Positions 1 to 24,983 of a stretch of DNA of 64,000 nt are shown piece after piece (position 1 is the first letter of the stretch; each line of letters starts with the position of its first letter). The translations under genes were made by a program, and so were the position numbers. The stretch is from the NCBI RefSeq assembly GCF_009914755.1, contig NC_060925.1, one strand, 5' to 3'. Source of the stretch: the human T2T-CHM13v2.0 reference genome, Homo sapiens. The notes under the pieces are model-generated. The model was not told where the DNA came from. It worked only from the letters and a program-made list of their open reading frames with translations, and did no database searches.

Positions 1-273
1 GTAGAATATAAAATCTGAAATAATGTTCTATGCTATGAATTATACTGTTTCAGTCCTTCATGCCTTTATACATATTGTCTGCTTAGTCTGTCATGGATAT
101 TAGATAATTAAAATTTCCTACTATAATTGTATTTTATATCATTTTCTCATTATAAGCCTACCAGTCTACATTATATATTTAGCTGCTATGTTAGTTCATA
201 TCAATTCCTTATTATTGTATTTTCATCTCTTACTATCCTTTATCATATGCAAGAACTCCACCTGCTTTAGTGC

Positions 274-585
274 TTTTTTTTTTTTCTTTTTCAGCAAAAG
301 AGTCCATTCAGCCTGGACTCTGTTGTCCAGGCTGGAATGTGCTAGTACCATCATAGCTCATTGCAGCCTCAAACTCCTGGGCTCAAGCGATCCTCCCACC
401 TCAGTCTGCTGAGTGACTGGGACTACTGGCACAGGTTACCACATTTGGCTAATTTTTAAATGTTTTATAGGGACAGGGCCTTGCTATGTTACCTAAGCTG
501 GTCTCAAACTCCTGGCTTCAAGTGATCCTCCTGTCTCAGCCTCCCGAAGCGTGGGGATTACAGATGTGAGCTACCGTGCCTGGCC
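274..585 (-). mobile_element. AluJ-type SINE
   Basis: Reverse-complement Alu body ending CCTGGCC; TSD ctttagtgcttt on both sides. Confidence 0.9.
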
Positions 586-720
586 TTTAGTGCTTTTTTG
601 CCTGAAGTTCTAGTTTATCTCACACTAATATTGCTAATCCTGCTTTTCTTTTATATAATGATAGTTTATCTTCTCATTCTCTTATGTTTAGCCTTTCTAA
701 ACCATTTGGCTTTTAAGTAG

Positions 721-1703
<983 letters not shown>

Positions 1704-1874
1704 AGTCCCTTTGCCTCTTAGTAGCAGGATTTAGACTATTTAGAATAATTTTAATTGTTACATTTGGTTTATCTTAGTTTCTATTTTATGCTTTCTCATT
1801 ATTATTTCTTCAGTTCTGCCTTTCCTATGAGTTTTACTTTGTTTCTGTTATTTTTTAAATCAGTTTGGAAGGGA

Positions 1875-2376
1875 AACAGTAGCATGAACCACAAACATTT
1901 ATTATCTCACCCGATTTCTGAAAGTCAGGAATCCAGAAGTGGTTTAACTGGGTGGTTCTGGCATAATGTCTTTCCTGAGGTTGCAATCAAGATGTTGCCT
2001 GTTGCTTTAGTCTTCTGAAGATTGGACGGGAGCTGGAAAATATGCTTCCAAGCTCACTTACACGGCTGTTGTCAAAGGACCTTGGCGTCTGTTGTCCGGA
2101 GGTCTCATTCCTTACCACACAGGCCTCTCCACAGGACAGCTATGGCATGGCAGGTGGCTTACCCAAGGGCGAATGATCCAAGAGGGAGGGAGAGAGAACA
2201 AGATAGAAGCCACAATATCTTTAATAACCCAGTTTCCCAAATGATGTACTGTCACTTTTGCTGTATTCTGTCAGTCATAGAGAACAACCCCAGTACAATA
2301 TGGGAAGAGATGACGCAAGGATGTCAATGCCAGGTGGTAGGAATCATTGGGAGCTATCTTGAAGGCTGGCTACCTC
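1875..2376 (-). mobile_element. MLT1 (MaLR) solo LTR, MLT1F-like
   Basis: Motifs CATTTATTATCTCAC...TTTCTG...GTCAGGAATCCAG and terminal GCTATCTTGAAGGCTGGCTACCTCA. Confidence 0.7.
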
Positions 2377-2651
2377 AATCACCCTATTTTTATTCTGCTG
2401 GTGAATATTTTAAGTTCACAAACATCCTTAAGTGTATATTTGCCTACTTATAGCTGCCTGATAAAAAGTAACTTTGGCCATCATAAGGTAAGCAATTTTG
2501 TTTATTTTGGCTTATTTTATAACTTTCTTATACTTTCTCATTCTTTATTAATTTAGAGGTTTTATAGTGTCCAAAATCAATCTCTCTTCTACATCTCTTT
2601 CTAATATTATATTAATTAAGAAGCCTTACCAACAACTGTAGTTAATATCAC

Positions 2652-2697
2652 TGCATTAATCAGGGTGCTAGCAGAGAAAAAGAACCAGTAGGAGATA
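2652..2697 (-). mobile_element. MLT2 (ERVL) LTR terminal fragment
   Basis: TGCATTAATCAGGGTGCTAGCAGAGAAAAAGAACCAGTAGGAGATA resembles the MLT2 end TGTATTAGTCAGGGTTCTCCAGAGAAACAGAACCAATAGGA. Confidence 0.6.
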
Positions 2698-5658
<2,961 letters not shown>

Positions 5659-5923
5659 TGACTAAAACAGGATCAAGTTAGGATCAAAATTCAAATCTTT
5701 GGAAAACAGGACATTTTCTTTTCCACTCTACCATGTGCCTCCACTGTAGAGAAGAAACAGCTGCAAAATCATGGCATTGGATAGGAAATGGGCCACAGAG
5801 ATTGAAATTGCTTTCTCTCCTTCTTGCCCGCCTGCCTGCCTACCTTACTTTCTCCCTTCCTTATTTCTCTCCTGCCTCCCTTCCATCTTTTCTTACACTT
5901 CAATTATAAACTGTTTCAGGCAA

Positions 5924-6008
5924 ACAGAAAACTACAGTGACTACTTTTAAAACAATGTATCCACCACAGAATACTACAGTGACTAATTTAAAAACAACGT
6001 ATCCACCA
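5924..6008. repeat. 42-bp tandem duplication (2 copies)
   Basis: acagaaaactacagtgactacttttaaaacaatgtatccacc followed by acagaatactacagtgactaatttaaaaacaacgtatccacc. Confidence 0.9.
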
Positions 6009-6097
6009 CTTAGCTCATCAAATCTTAACATTTGGTCATATTTACTTCAGATGTTTTGTTTGTTTATTTTTAAGAAGTTAAACATTTACATATATAG

Positions 6098-6450
<353 letters not shown>

Positions 6451-6966
6451 TCTTAGTATATATTATATTCTTGCATAGTTTAATACATTTGTTATATGCT
6501 ATAATATATGATTGTGTTCTGCCTGTTTCTAAAGTTTATTTAAATGGTGTCATATTATAAATATTCTGAAAATTGCTTTTTCTATTCAAGATTATTTTTT
6601 AATATTTATCCATATTGGTATATGTAACTCTAGCATATTCATCTTAACTATTGACTTTTTTTATTGAACGTGCTTGAATTTATATTCATCTAGTTATCTA
6701 GTTATCTACTGATGAACGTTTAGATTATTTCTAATTTTCTCTATTACCACAATGCTGCAAAGAATATTCTTGTACATTTCTTATTGTACATACATGCAAT
6801 AGTTCTCCAGAATATTTCTACTTAGGAGTAGAATTTTTGGTCATATGTTACATGCATCTTCAACTTTATTAGTTATTGCCAAATCACTCCCCAAAGTGGT
6901 TTTACCAGTTTACCTTCTACTAGCAGTGTATAAGTTTCCAATTCTTTATATGCTCACCAATATTTA

Positions 6967-7621
<655 letters not shown>

Positions 7622-8121
7622 CATGATTTTTGATCTGAAGAATACGAATGAAACCTAACTGTTGTTTTAATTTGTATCTCTCTTACTAGTAGAGAGGTAG
7701 AGCATCTTTTCTTGTGTTTATTGGCTATTTGAGTTTTCTGTTTTGCAAATTGCTTGTTCATCTCTTTTGCCTGTTTTTTCTCTTAAGTTACTTTTCATTT
7801 TCTTATTGATTTGTATGGATTCTTTTTATATCTTAAATATTAATTCTTTGTCAGTTATATTTATTACAATTATATTATCTTAGCCTGTGGCTTGTTTAGC
7901 ACCTTATTTATGGTGTCTTGTTTTACAGAAGTTTAAATCTGTGACACTGTTAAAATTTTTGGTCTCTTTCCTTAAGGTTTGTTCCCAAGATCATAAAAAT
8001 ATTCTCTAATATTCTCTTCTAAAAATGTTAATATTTTGATTTTGATATTTAAATCTTTATCTACGTTTTTCTTTTTGTACATGATATAAAATAGGGATTT
8101 ATTATAATTTTTCAATTACGG

Positions 8122-8366
8122 ATTTTTTTTTTTTTTTGAGACCAAGTCTCGCTCAGTCGTCCAGTCTGGAGAGCAGTGGCGCGATCTCGGCTTACTGCAA
8201 GCTCCACCTCCCGGATTCACACCATTCTTCTGCCTCAGCCTCCCGAGTAGCTGGGACTACAGGCACCTGCCACTACGCCCAGCTAATTTTTTTGTATTTT
8301 TAGTAGAGACGGGGTTTCACCATGTTAGCCAGGATGGTCTTGATCTCCTGACCTCATGATCCACCC
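8122..8366 (-). mobile_element. 5'-truncated AluY
   Basis: Diagnostic GCAAGCTCC...CACCATTCT and TTAGCCAGGATGG; TSD caattacggatt / caattacagatt. Confidence 0.85.
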
Positions 8367-8510
8367 AATTACAGATTATTGATTATTCTAATATAATGTT
8401 TTCAATAATCTATTTTTTTTGCTACAAAATTTGTAATGCCACCTTCATTATGTTTTCATGGGTCTATGCCTAGCTCTCTATTCGACTCACTGGCAGGTTT
8501 GACAATTCTT

Positions 8511-10940
8511 TTTTTTTTTTTTTTTTTAATTATTTTTTTATTGATCATTCTTGGGTGTTTCTCGCAGAGGGGGATTTGGCAGGGTCACAGGACAATAGTG
8601 GAGGGAAGGTCAGCAGATAAACAAGTGAACAAAGGTCTCTGGTTTTCCTAGGCAGAGGACCCCACGGCCTTCCGCAGTGTTTGTGTCCCTGGGTACTTGA
8701 GATTAGGGAGTGGTGATGACTCTTAACGAGCATGCTGCCTTCAAGCGTCTGTTCAACAAAGCACATCTTGCACCGCCCTTAATCCATTTAACCCTGAGTG
8801 GACACAGCACATGTTTCAGAGAGCACAGGGTTGGGGGTAAGGTCACAGATCAACAGGATCCCAAGGCAGAAGAATTTTTCTTAGTACAGAACAAAATGAA
8901 AAGTCTCCCATGTCTACCTCTTTCTACACAGACATGGCAACCATCCGATTTCTCAATCTTTTCCCCACCTTTCCCACCTTTCTATTCCACAAAACCGCCA
9001 TTGTCATCATGGCCCGTTCTCAATGAGCTGTTGGGTACACCTCCCAGACGGGGTGGTGGCCGGGCAGAGGGGCTCCTCACTTCCCAGTAGGGGCGGCCGG
9101 GCAGAGGTGCCCCTCATCTCCCGGACGGGGTGGCTGGCCGGGTGGGGGGCTGACCCCCCCACCTCCCTCCCGGACGGGGCGGCTGGCCGGGCGGGGGGCT
9201 GACCCCCCCACCTCCCTCCCGGACGAGGCGGCTGGCCGGGCGGGGGGCTGACCCCCCCCCAACTCCCTCCCGGACGGGGCGGCTGGCCGGGCAGAGGGGC
9301 TCCTCACTTCCCAGTAGGGGTGGCCGGGCAAAGGCGCCCCTCACCTCCCGGACGGGGCGGCTGGCCGGGCGGGGGGCTGACCCCCCCACCTCCCTCACGG
9401 ACGGGGCAGCTGGCCGGGCAGAGGGGCTCCTCACTTCCCAGTAGGGGCGGCCGGGCAGAGGCGCCCCTCACCTCCCCGATGGGGCGGCTGGCCAGGCAGG
9501 GGGCTGACCCCCCCCACCTCCCTCCCGGACGGGGCAGCTGGCCGGGCAGAGGGGCTCCTCACTTCCCAGTAGGGGTGGCCGGGCAGAGGCGCCCCTCACC
9601 TCCCGGATGGGGCGGCTGGCCAGGCGGGGGGCTGACCCCCCCACCTCCCTCCCGGATGGGGCGGCTGGCCGGGCGGGGGGCTGACCCCCCCACCTCCCTC
9701 CCGGATGGGGCGGCTGGCCGGGCGGGGGGCTGATCCCCCCACCTCCCTCACGGATGGGGCGGCTGGCCGGGCAGAGGGGCTCCTCACTTCCCAGTAGGGG
9801 CGGCCAGGCAGAGGCGCCCCTCATCTCCCGGACGGGGCGGCTGGCCGGGTGGGAGGCTGTCCCCCCCACCTCCCTCCCGGACGGGGCGGCTGGCCGGGCG
9901 GGGGGCTGATCCCCCCACCTCCCTCACGGACGGGGCGGCTGGCCGGGCAGAGGGGCTCCTCACTTCCCAGTAGGGGCGGCCGGGCAGAGGCGCCCCTCAC
10001 CTCCCGAGTGGCTGGCCGGGCTGGGGGCTGATCCCCCCACCTCCCTCCCGGACGGGGCGGCTGGCCAGGCGGGGGGCTGACCCCCCCATCTCCCTCCCGG
10101 ACGGGGTGGCTGCCGGGCGGAGACCCTCCTCACTTCCCAGACAGGGTGGCTGCCGGGCGGAGGGGCTCCTCACTTCTCAGACGGGGCGGCTGCTGGGCGG
10201 AGGGGCTCCTCACTTCTCAGACGGGGCGGCCAGGGAGAGACGCTCCTCACATCCTGGACGGGGCGACAGGGCAGAGGCGCTCCCCACATCTCAGACGATG
10301 GGCGGCCGGGCAGAGAGGCTCCGCACCTCCTAGATGGGATGGCGGTCGGGCAGAGACGCTCCTCACTTTCCAGACTGGGCAGCCAGGCAGAGGGGCTCCT
10401 CACATCCCAGACGATGGGCGGCCAGGCAGAGACGCTCCTCACTTCCCAGACGGGGTGGCGGCCGGGCAGAGGCTGCAATCTTGGCACTTTGGGAGGCCAA
10501 GGCAGGCTGCTGGGAGGTGGATGTTGTAGCGAGCCGAGATCAGGCCACTGCACTCCAGCCTGGGCACCATTGAGCACTGAGTGAAGGAGACTCCGTCTGC
10601 AATCCCGGCACCTCGGGAGGCCGAGGCTGGCAGATCACTCGCGGTTAGGAGCTCACCTGTTTGTCTTTTAATCTCTGCATGAACAGAAAGTATAGGCACA
10701 AGCAGAGTTAGGACTTTATGGCACACATAGAGATTCTAGATGAAAGGATCAGAAGATTCATATTTTGAGAGGGCTAAAATATCTACAGTCTTGCTGTCCT
10801 ATTAAAGTTTAGTGAAACTATATTGCAGATTCGCATTGCTCACTTCTTCCAGTAATCCAGTGATCTAGTAAAGCTTGATTTTGCCATTTGAATCCTCTGA
10901 TAAATGAAGTCAGCCTCTACCTTGAGGTACTTTTTGGGAT
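8511..10940 (-). mobile_element. SVA retrotransposon (SVA_D-like or younger) with a 5' transduced segment: poly-A and SINE-R ~8511-9040, VNTR ~9040-10480, partial Alu-like domain ~10480-10653, non-SVA segment 10654-10940
   Basis: Canonical antisense SINE-R (TTGATCATTCTTGGGTGTTTCTCGCAGAGGGGGATTTGGCAGGG...); GC-rich VNTR; GCGGTTAGGAGCT; perfect TSD caggtttgacaattctt at 8494-8510 and 10941-10957; no (CCCTCT)n head. Confidence 0.97.
9040..10480 (-). repeat. SVA VNTR (GC-rich units of ~35-50 bp, CpG-rich, G-quadruplex-prone)
   Basis: Repeated CCCGGACGGGGCGGCTGGCCGGGCGGGGGGCTGACCCCCCCACCTCCCT and GGCAGAGGGGCTCCTCACTTCCCAG. Confidence 0.95.
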
Positions 10941-10990
10941 CAGGTTTGACAATTCTTAAACCATTACCAGGATGTTAAATATTATGTCTT

Positions 10991-11320
10991 AGCCATGTGC
11001 AGTGGCTCACGCCTGTAATCCCAGCACTTTGGAAGGCCAAGGTGGGTGGATCACTTGAGCTCAGGGTTTGAGACCAGCCTGGGCAACATGACAAAACCCC
11101 GTTTCTACAAAAAATACAAAAAAAAAAAAAAGTAGCCAAGCATGATGGTGTGTGCCTGTAGTCCCAGCTGCTCAGGAGGCTGAGGTGGGAGGATCACTTG
11201 AGCCCGGGAGGTTGAGGCTGCAGTAAGCTGTGATCACATCAACCTGGGAGACAGAGTGAGACCCTGTCTCAAAAAAAAAAAAAAAAAAAAAAAAAAAAAC
11301 AACAACAAAAAACAGCAACA
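10991..11320 (+). mobile_element. AluJ-type SINE
   Basis: Alu body with long A tail. Confidence 0.88.
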
Positions 11321-11518
11321 AAAAACACTTGTCTTTGTAAGACATCTTGATATCTGGTAGAATAAGTCCCTCTACCTTGTGGTTCCTCTTTAAAATTGTC
11401 CAGGCTAATCTTGGTAATTTGATCTTTCAGTTGAATCTTTTAGGTTCTGCAAAACAAACTTACTGGAATTTTTATTGTAATTTCACTGGATTCTTAGATT
11501 GATTTGGGCCTGACTTAC

Positions 11519-11823
<305 letters not shown>

Positions 11824-12105
11824 TGACTTACTTTTTCAAATTAACTTTTAATATTAAGAGTTTTCACACATGAACATAGTATATTTTTAAAATTTTACTT
11901 AGTTTTATCTTCTGTATGTCTTAAAATTTTAGAATATTCTCTATAAGGATTTTTGAAGATGCTTTTTCAGTAGCTTTTTCCTAGCCTGATAATAGCAGCA
12001 AGTATAGTAGCAGGGAGCTCAGGGATGAATACCCAAAAGAAAAAAGATTCTGAAGAATTAGGGAAGAGAAATTTGACCTGGCGTTGTCCAGTTGTGTATT
12101 GATTC

Positions 12106-12440
<335 letters not shown>

Positions 12441-12455
12441 TGCATGTATTGATTC

Positions 12456-13070
12456 TTATGCTGGCTTTGTATTGTGTCAATATAGCTAAGCTGTAACTAT
12501 ATTTCCCATAATTTTCTTTCCTATATATTTCTTGGAATTATCCACAAGAGAAAATTGCATAAGATTTTGAAGGTGGAAATGAAGTAGTAGCCAGTTTTAT
12601 GCTCTGAAAGTCAGCATAGGGCAGGCGCAGTTATGTAGCTCACGTGTTGTCGGTTATCTACTGGCTCATTTTGCTGGTTTTAGGGCAGGATCCATTTCCC
12701 ACTGGATCTCCTCTTTCATCTTGTTGAAATCCTATACCAAGTGCATGTACAGCTCTATGTTGAGGAATACCAGCTTATCCTGGAGATAAATCCCATTACC
12801 TAGAGTAGAGGGAGTGAGAGAAAGACCCGTACAGTTCCAGTTTGTCCTCATGGATTCTACTTTGTCTGTTGTCTCTCCCACATCTTCCCTTTTCAATAAA
12901 TGACCTTGCTCACTTCAGGACCAGCAGCAGATGCAGAAGCAATAAATGTGCATAGACTGCTTAACCAGCTCCCATGATTGCATGAGATCTAATCCCTATA
13001 ATAAATCCCTATAGTAAATTCTATGTTACTCATAGTGGTCTGCTTTCCTGATCAGATCCTAACTGATGTA
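12456..13070 (+). mobile_element. MLT2-type (ERVL) solo LTR
   Basis: 5' TGTGTCAATATAGCTAAGCTG; 3' ATAATAAATCCC...GGTCTGCTTTCCTGATCAGATCCTAACTGATG. Confidence 0.6.
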
Positions 13071-13599
13071 ATTGCCATTTCCCTAAAGGTTCCAGAGGAA
13101 ACATCTGAAAAATAGAATGAGAATATGATTAATTGCATATAGGCTCTGAGGGAGTGAGAGAATATCTCTGAGAATTCAGGGATAAGACATACTTCTTGCA
13201 ATAAAATGCACGAAGACTGATGCTGTGGAAACTACAAAGTTCAGTATCAACAGAGAGGAGTCTGAGACATACTTCCATACTACTGCACACAAGCAAAATC
13301 AACGAGCAGTAGGCAAAATTAGGAACGTAGGGCTTATTTGGTAATTAGCTTTACTTTTTATTGCTGATTTATTTTAGAAGCCCCTTACTGTAATGTCTGG
13401 CACAGTATGCACTTAACAAATGTTTGTAAAATGAATTGAAATTAGACTATCTATCTTGAAAATATTACAAGACTCACCTTTGCTAAAATACTATTAATTA
13501 GGCCAAAGAGAAATACTATTGCCCTGTGTTTGAGAGAGATAATAGATAAAGGGATAGTACAATATTGTCTCTTTTTATGGGAAAATATGGACCGGATAA

Positions 13600-13720
13600 T
13601 AGAATCCCTGGCTTTTGGAAGAGGAAGTAAGTTTAGTGTAGCCCTCCCATTTTCAAAATGAGTTCAAGAGAAGTTAATTGACTTGCCCAAAGTCACTGGC
13701 AAAGTTTGTGTCAGAATCAT
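13600..13720 (-). mobile_element. MIR fragment
   Basis: CCCATTTTCAAAATGAG...GAGAAGTTAATTGACTTGCCCAAAGTCAC. Confidence 0.6.
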
Positions 13721-13914
13721 GTTTATAGGAATATATTCACCCCATTGGTCCATTCACTAAATTATACTCTCTTCCTTGCAAAACAGTTGGGCAAAATATA
13801 GTACTGACAAAATCCATCTTAATTTGGTGAGAGATCTCTAAAGGCCAGGCCTTACCTCATTCAACATTTTCTTTAACATCTTGGATAAAGACCTATGAAA
13901 AATACAACATTTTC

Positions 13915-14331
<417 letters not shown>

Positions 14332-14563
14332 TGACATAACCTGTGGTAATTATAACCTATTACATTGACCTAGAGAGTTAGCATTCCAAATCCTAATTAA
14401 ATAGGCTATATGTTTGGCTGAAAAAAAAAAAGTACAGGGGCATTGGAAAACCCAACATATATATTAAATATATAATAAGCATAGGAAGGGAAAGACTTGG
14501 TTTGGTAGCAGTTCATGAGAAAAAAGGCCTGGAGTTTTATAGGAGCCAATGAGTGACACAAAC

Positions 14564-15729
<1,166 letters not shown>

Positions 15730-16123
15730 TCAAGCTATGGGATCTATATCTTTTCCTAGGAAGCAAGAGAAGTGCTAGTAGATAATTTGTTATTATCCCT
15801 ACTAAACTGAACTTTTCTTATTTCTGGTTATTTCACCTCCCCACCATATAGATGTAGTGTTCTGTTTTTACGTGTGTAAAGTGTATACCACCTTTCCTCA
15901 CTACTCATCTTAATTCTATCTTTCATTGAAACCTAGCTGAAGTCCTTTTCAGTTTTCAGCCCTGTTCATGATGAACTCTCCCTTCTGAACTTCTCTAGCA
16001 TTTATTTAGCCTAAATCCTGTGTACTACCTTTTAGCTTGTTACTTTTATTAATGATAATTATGGTGATGATACAGGCAACATTAATGACATATGGCATTG
16101 ACAATATATATGAGTTATCTGAG

Positions 16124-16489
<366 letters not shown>

Positions 16490-16513
16490 CTATAGAAGCT
16501 AAAGAATGAAGTG

Positions 16514-18617
<2,104 letters not shown>

Positions 18618-18645
18618 TATATACTTTGGAAAAACCATTATTCTA

Positions 18646-19105
<460 letters not shown>

Positions 19106-19199
19106 TTACATGTCTCTCAGATAAGGTTCTTAGCATGTTAAGTTGCAAGAAACAGAAATCAACTATGGCAGATTTAAACAGAAATGAAATTTATTTGGT

Positions 19200-22199
<3,000 letters not shown>

Positions 22200-22200
<1 letters not shown>

Positions 22201-22600
22201 GAAGCAATCAAAAGGAGTTGGATAGTTCGCAGGATTACCTGGAGACTCAAGCTCCACAAATGGACATAAAGGGGAGGGAAAGAGTGAGACACAGCCACTG
22301 CCAAGGTCACACCATAGAACCAGTCTGACAAAGCCTTTCTTGCTGCAGGCACCAGACACCGGATGCCACCCCTGGCATGAAAACTGGATGTTACTGTTGT
22401 TGGAATAAAGTGTTTCCTGGCTTCTTTCTTTGCATTACTATTTCCTCAGTCAACACCTTGGGTGGACATGTCCACTTGACCAAGCCAAGGTCACATGCCT
22501 TCTCCCTTGCTGCAAGAGGTGCTGGGGCAGTAAGTATCAGATCCTTCTACTTCTATAGTGGGACATTGCCCCTGATTTTTACGAAAGCTCAAATGATAGG
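22200..22600 (-). mobile_element. Old MLT1 LTR fragment
   Basis: GACCAAGCCAAGGTCACATGCC...TTGCTGCAAGAGG...CTGGG motif. Confidence 0.45.
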
Positions 22601-23087
22601 GGATTCTCCAAATTTAAGGAGTGGGTTCAGATGAAGGGCAGCCACAGAAGCGAGGAATATGCACCACACTATGTTAGAGCAGTCACCATGGAATTGTGTT
22701 AGACTGCAGATGGAGGAAGTTACTGCTACTCTTTTAAGAGCTAGAGATCTTGAAGGAATTTTTAAAAAACAATCTGAGAGAGTTTCATTCATAACTGTGA
22801 AAGCATGTCGAACTCTTCAACAGGAAGATGAACGGTTGCATTATCACTCAATAGCACTGAGTATCAGTAAAAAACTTCCTTTTGCTTTGCCCACTTCTCT
22901 TACCACAGCCCTGCTAGGCTGGGATTCTTATAAAAGGGAGGCTTGCTTTCAAGGCACCCAGGGCCCTATCTCTGTACTACTTATCCTTCCTAATCATTGC
23001 AGAGGAAGCGAGGCTAACAACCTTTGATGATTGCTGGAGGAACCAAATGTACTTGAAATCAAAGGGCTGTACCAAAGTCAGGCATTA

Positions 23088-23471
<384 letters not shown>

Positions 23472-23624
23472 TCACAGAATATATGGAGGCCAGAGATTCA
23501 TTGTTCCTTGCGTCAAGAATGTTATAACTTGTGAGGCTATGGATTATATTGAGCAACAACAAGAAAAAAGAATGCTAACAGCCTTAATGATAGAACCAAG
23601 CTGGCAGCCTTTTCAGTCCCCATC

Positions 23625-23834
23625 CCTTCCTTCCTTCCCTCCCTCCCTCCCTCTCTCTTTCTTTCTTTCTTTCTTCTTTCTTTCGAGACGGAGTCTTGCT
23701 CTGTCACCAGGCTAGAGTGCAGTGGCATGATCTTGGCTCACTGCAGCCTCTGACTCCCAGGTTCAAGCAATTCTCCTGCCTCACCCTCCCGAGTAGCTGA
23801 GATTACAGGCATATGCCACCACGCCCAGCTAATA

Positions 23835-23867
<33 letters not shown>

Positions 23868-24007
23868 TTATTTATTTATTTATGTATTTTGTAGAGATGG
23901 GGTTTTACCATGTTGGCCAGGATGGTCTCGATCCCCTGACCTCGTGATCCACCTGCCTCGTCCTCCCAAAGTGCTGGGATTACAGGTGTGAACCAGCAAG
24001 CCTGGCC
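23625..24007 (-). mobile_element. AluSc-like element with a (TG)n microsatellite in the linker and a CT-rich tail
   Basis: Alu body; (TG)~14 at 23837-23865. Confidence 0.88.
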
Positions 24008-24847
24008 ATCCCCGTCACTTTAAACATCATCTGAGCTCTGGATTTGTTACACTGGTGTAAATTGATTGCCACCGAAGTTCAGGTTCTAATTTATGCACCC
24101 ATTGTTGAAGAGAGAGCCTCCCGGGTCAGCCCAGGGATGCTTGTTCTTTCTACACCTGGCTAACCCAGGTGTTGCTTTTCATTTTCCCCTACTTGGTCCC
24201 ACAGCCTCCCCCTCAGGGACTTTTCTTCACAGCCTAGGGGGAAAGCTGATTGGTTAGAAAATTTCCCCTTGCCACCAGCCTTGGTCTCTCCTGGCATAGG
24301 AGCCATTCCATGGTTTGTGGTCGAGTTGACTAGAAGACAGCTCTGGGTGGCCACCTTTGTTTAGGATGCATGAACTTAAAGCCCATGAATCACCTCTACA
24401 GGCTTTTCCTGACTTAGCTTCTGTGGGTGGGGTTGGGAAATTTCCCCAGGCTTTCATAGTACTTCCTGCCTCTGGAAAAGAATCTCCCAGGTTTGGCCGC
24501 AACTAGAAGGATGAAACTAACAGGGCATCTGAGCCCTAGTGGGAGAACTGGAGCAAAGTAAGAGTTCATGGTAGGTAAGCAGGAGGACTTGGGCATTGCC
24601 TGTTCGCCCTGAGGAAACCAGGAGAGGAGGGAAGTGTTATGGGTATGTGAGGGTAGTGGGTGGGGTTACAGAATGCAGTATCTATGTTTTGGCATTGAAT
24701 GTAAAAAACATTTTTAAACTAAGAAATAATAATAAATATAAATATATGTGAAATGACTTCTAATTTATGAATCCTTTGTTTGGGACTGTAGTTCTGAGCA
24801 TATGAAAAGGGGAAAAGAGATAAAAAGTAGATCTTTTACCTTATTGG

Positions 24848-24983
24848 ATTTTTTTTCCCCTCAAGTAGAGATGTGGTCTTGCTACGTTGCCTAAGCTGGT
24901 CTTGAACTCCTGGCCTCAAAGAGATCCTCTGGCCCTGACCTCCTAGAATGCTGGGATTACAGCCATGAGCCACTGTGTCTGGC
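24848..24983 (-). mobile_element. FLAM/Alu monomer
   Basis: Single left-arm Alu sequence. Confidence 0.75.

Noticed and set aside
9077-10584. Many overlapping Pro/Gly/Arg-rich ORFs and a CpG-island-like composition
   Set aside because: These come from the SVA VNTR, not from a gene or a native promoter. It is also not a CRISPR-like array (no unique spacers).
10439-10726. 95-aa minus-strand ORF crossing the transduction/SVA junction with a signal-peptide-like start (CHKVLTLLVPILSVHA)
   Set aside because: It starts at GTG with an in-frame TAG four codons upstream and no ATG; the nearby ATG is out of frame and stops after six codons. There is no support for translation.
22659-23027. 122-aa ORF in non-Alu sequence
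   Set aside because: No recognisable domain or convincing exon structure; the length is within chance expectation.
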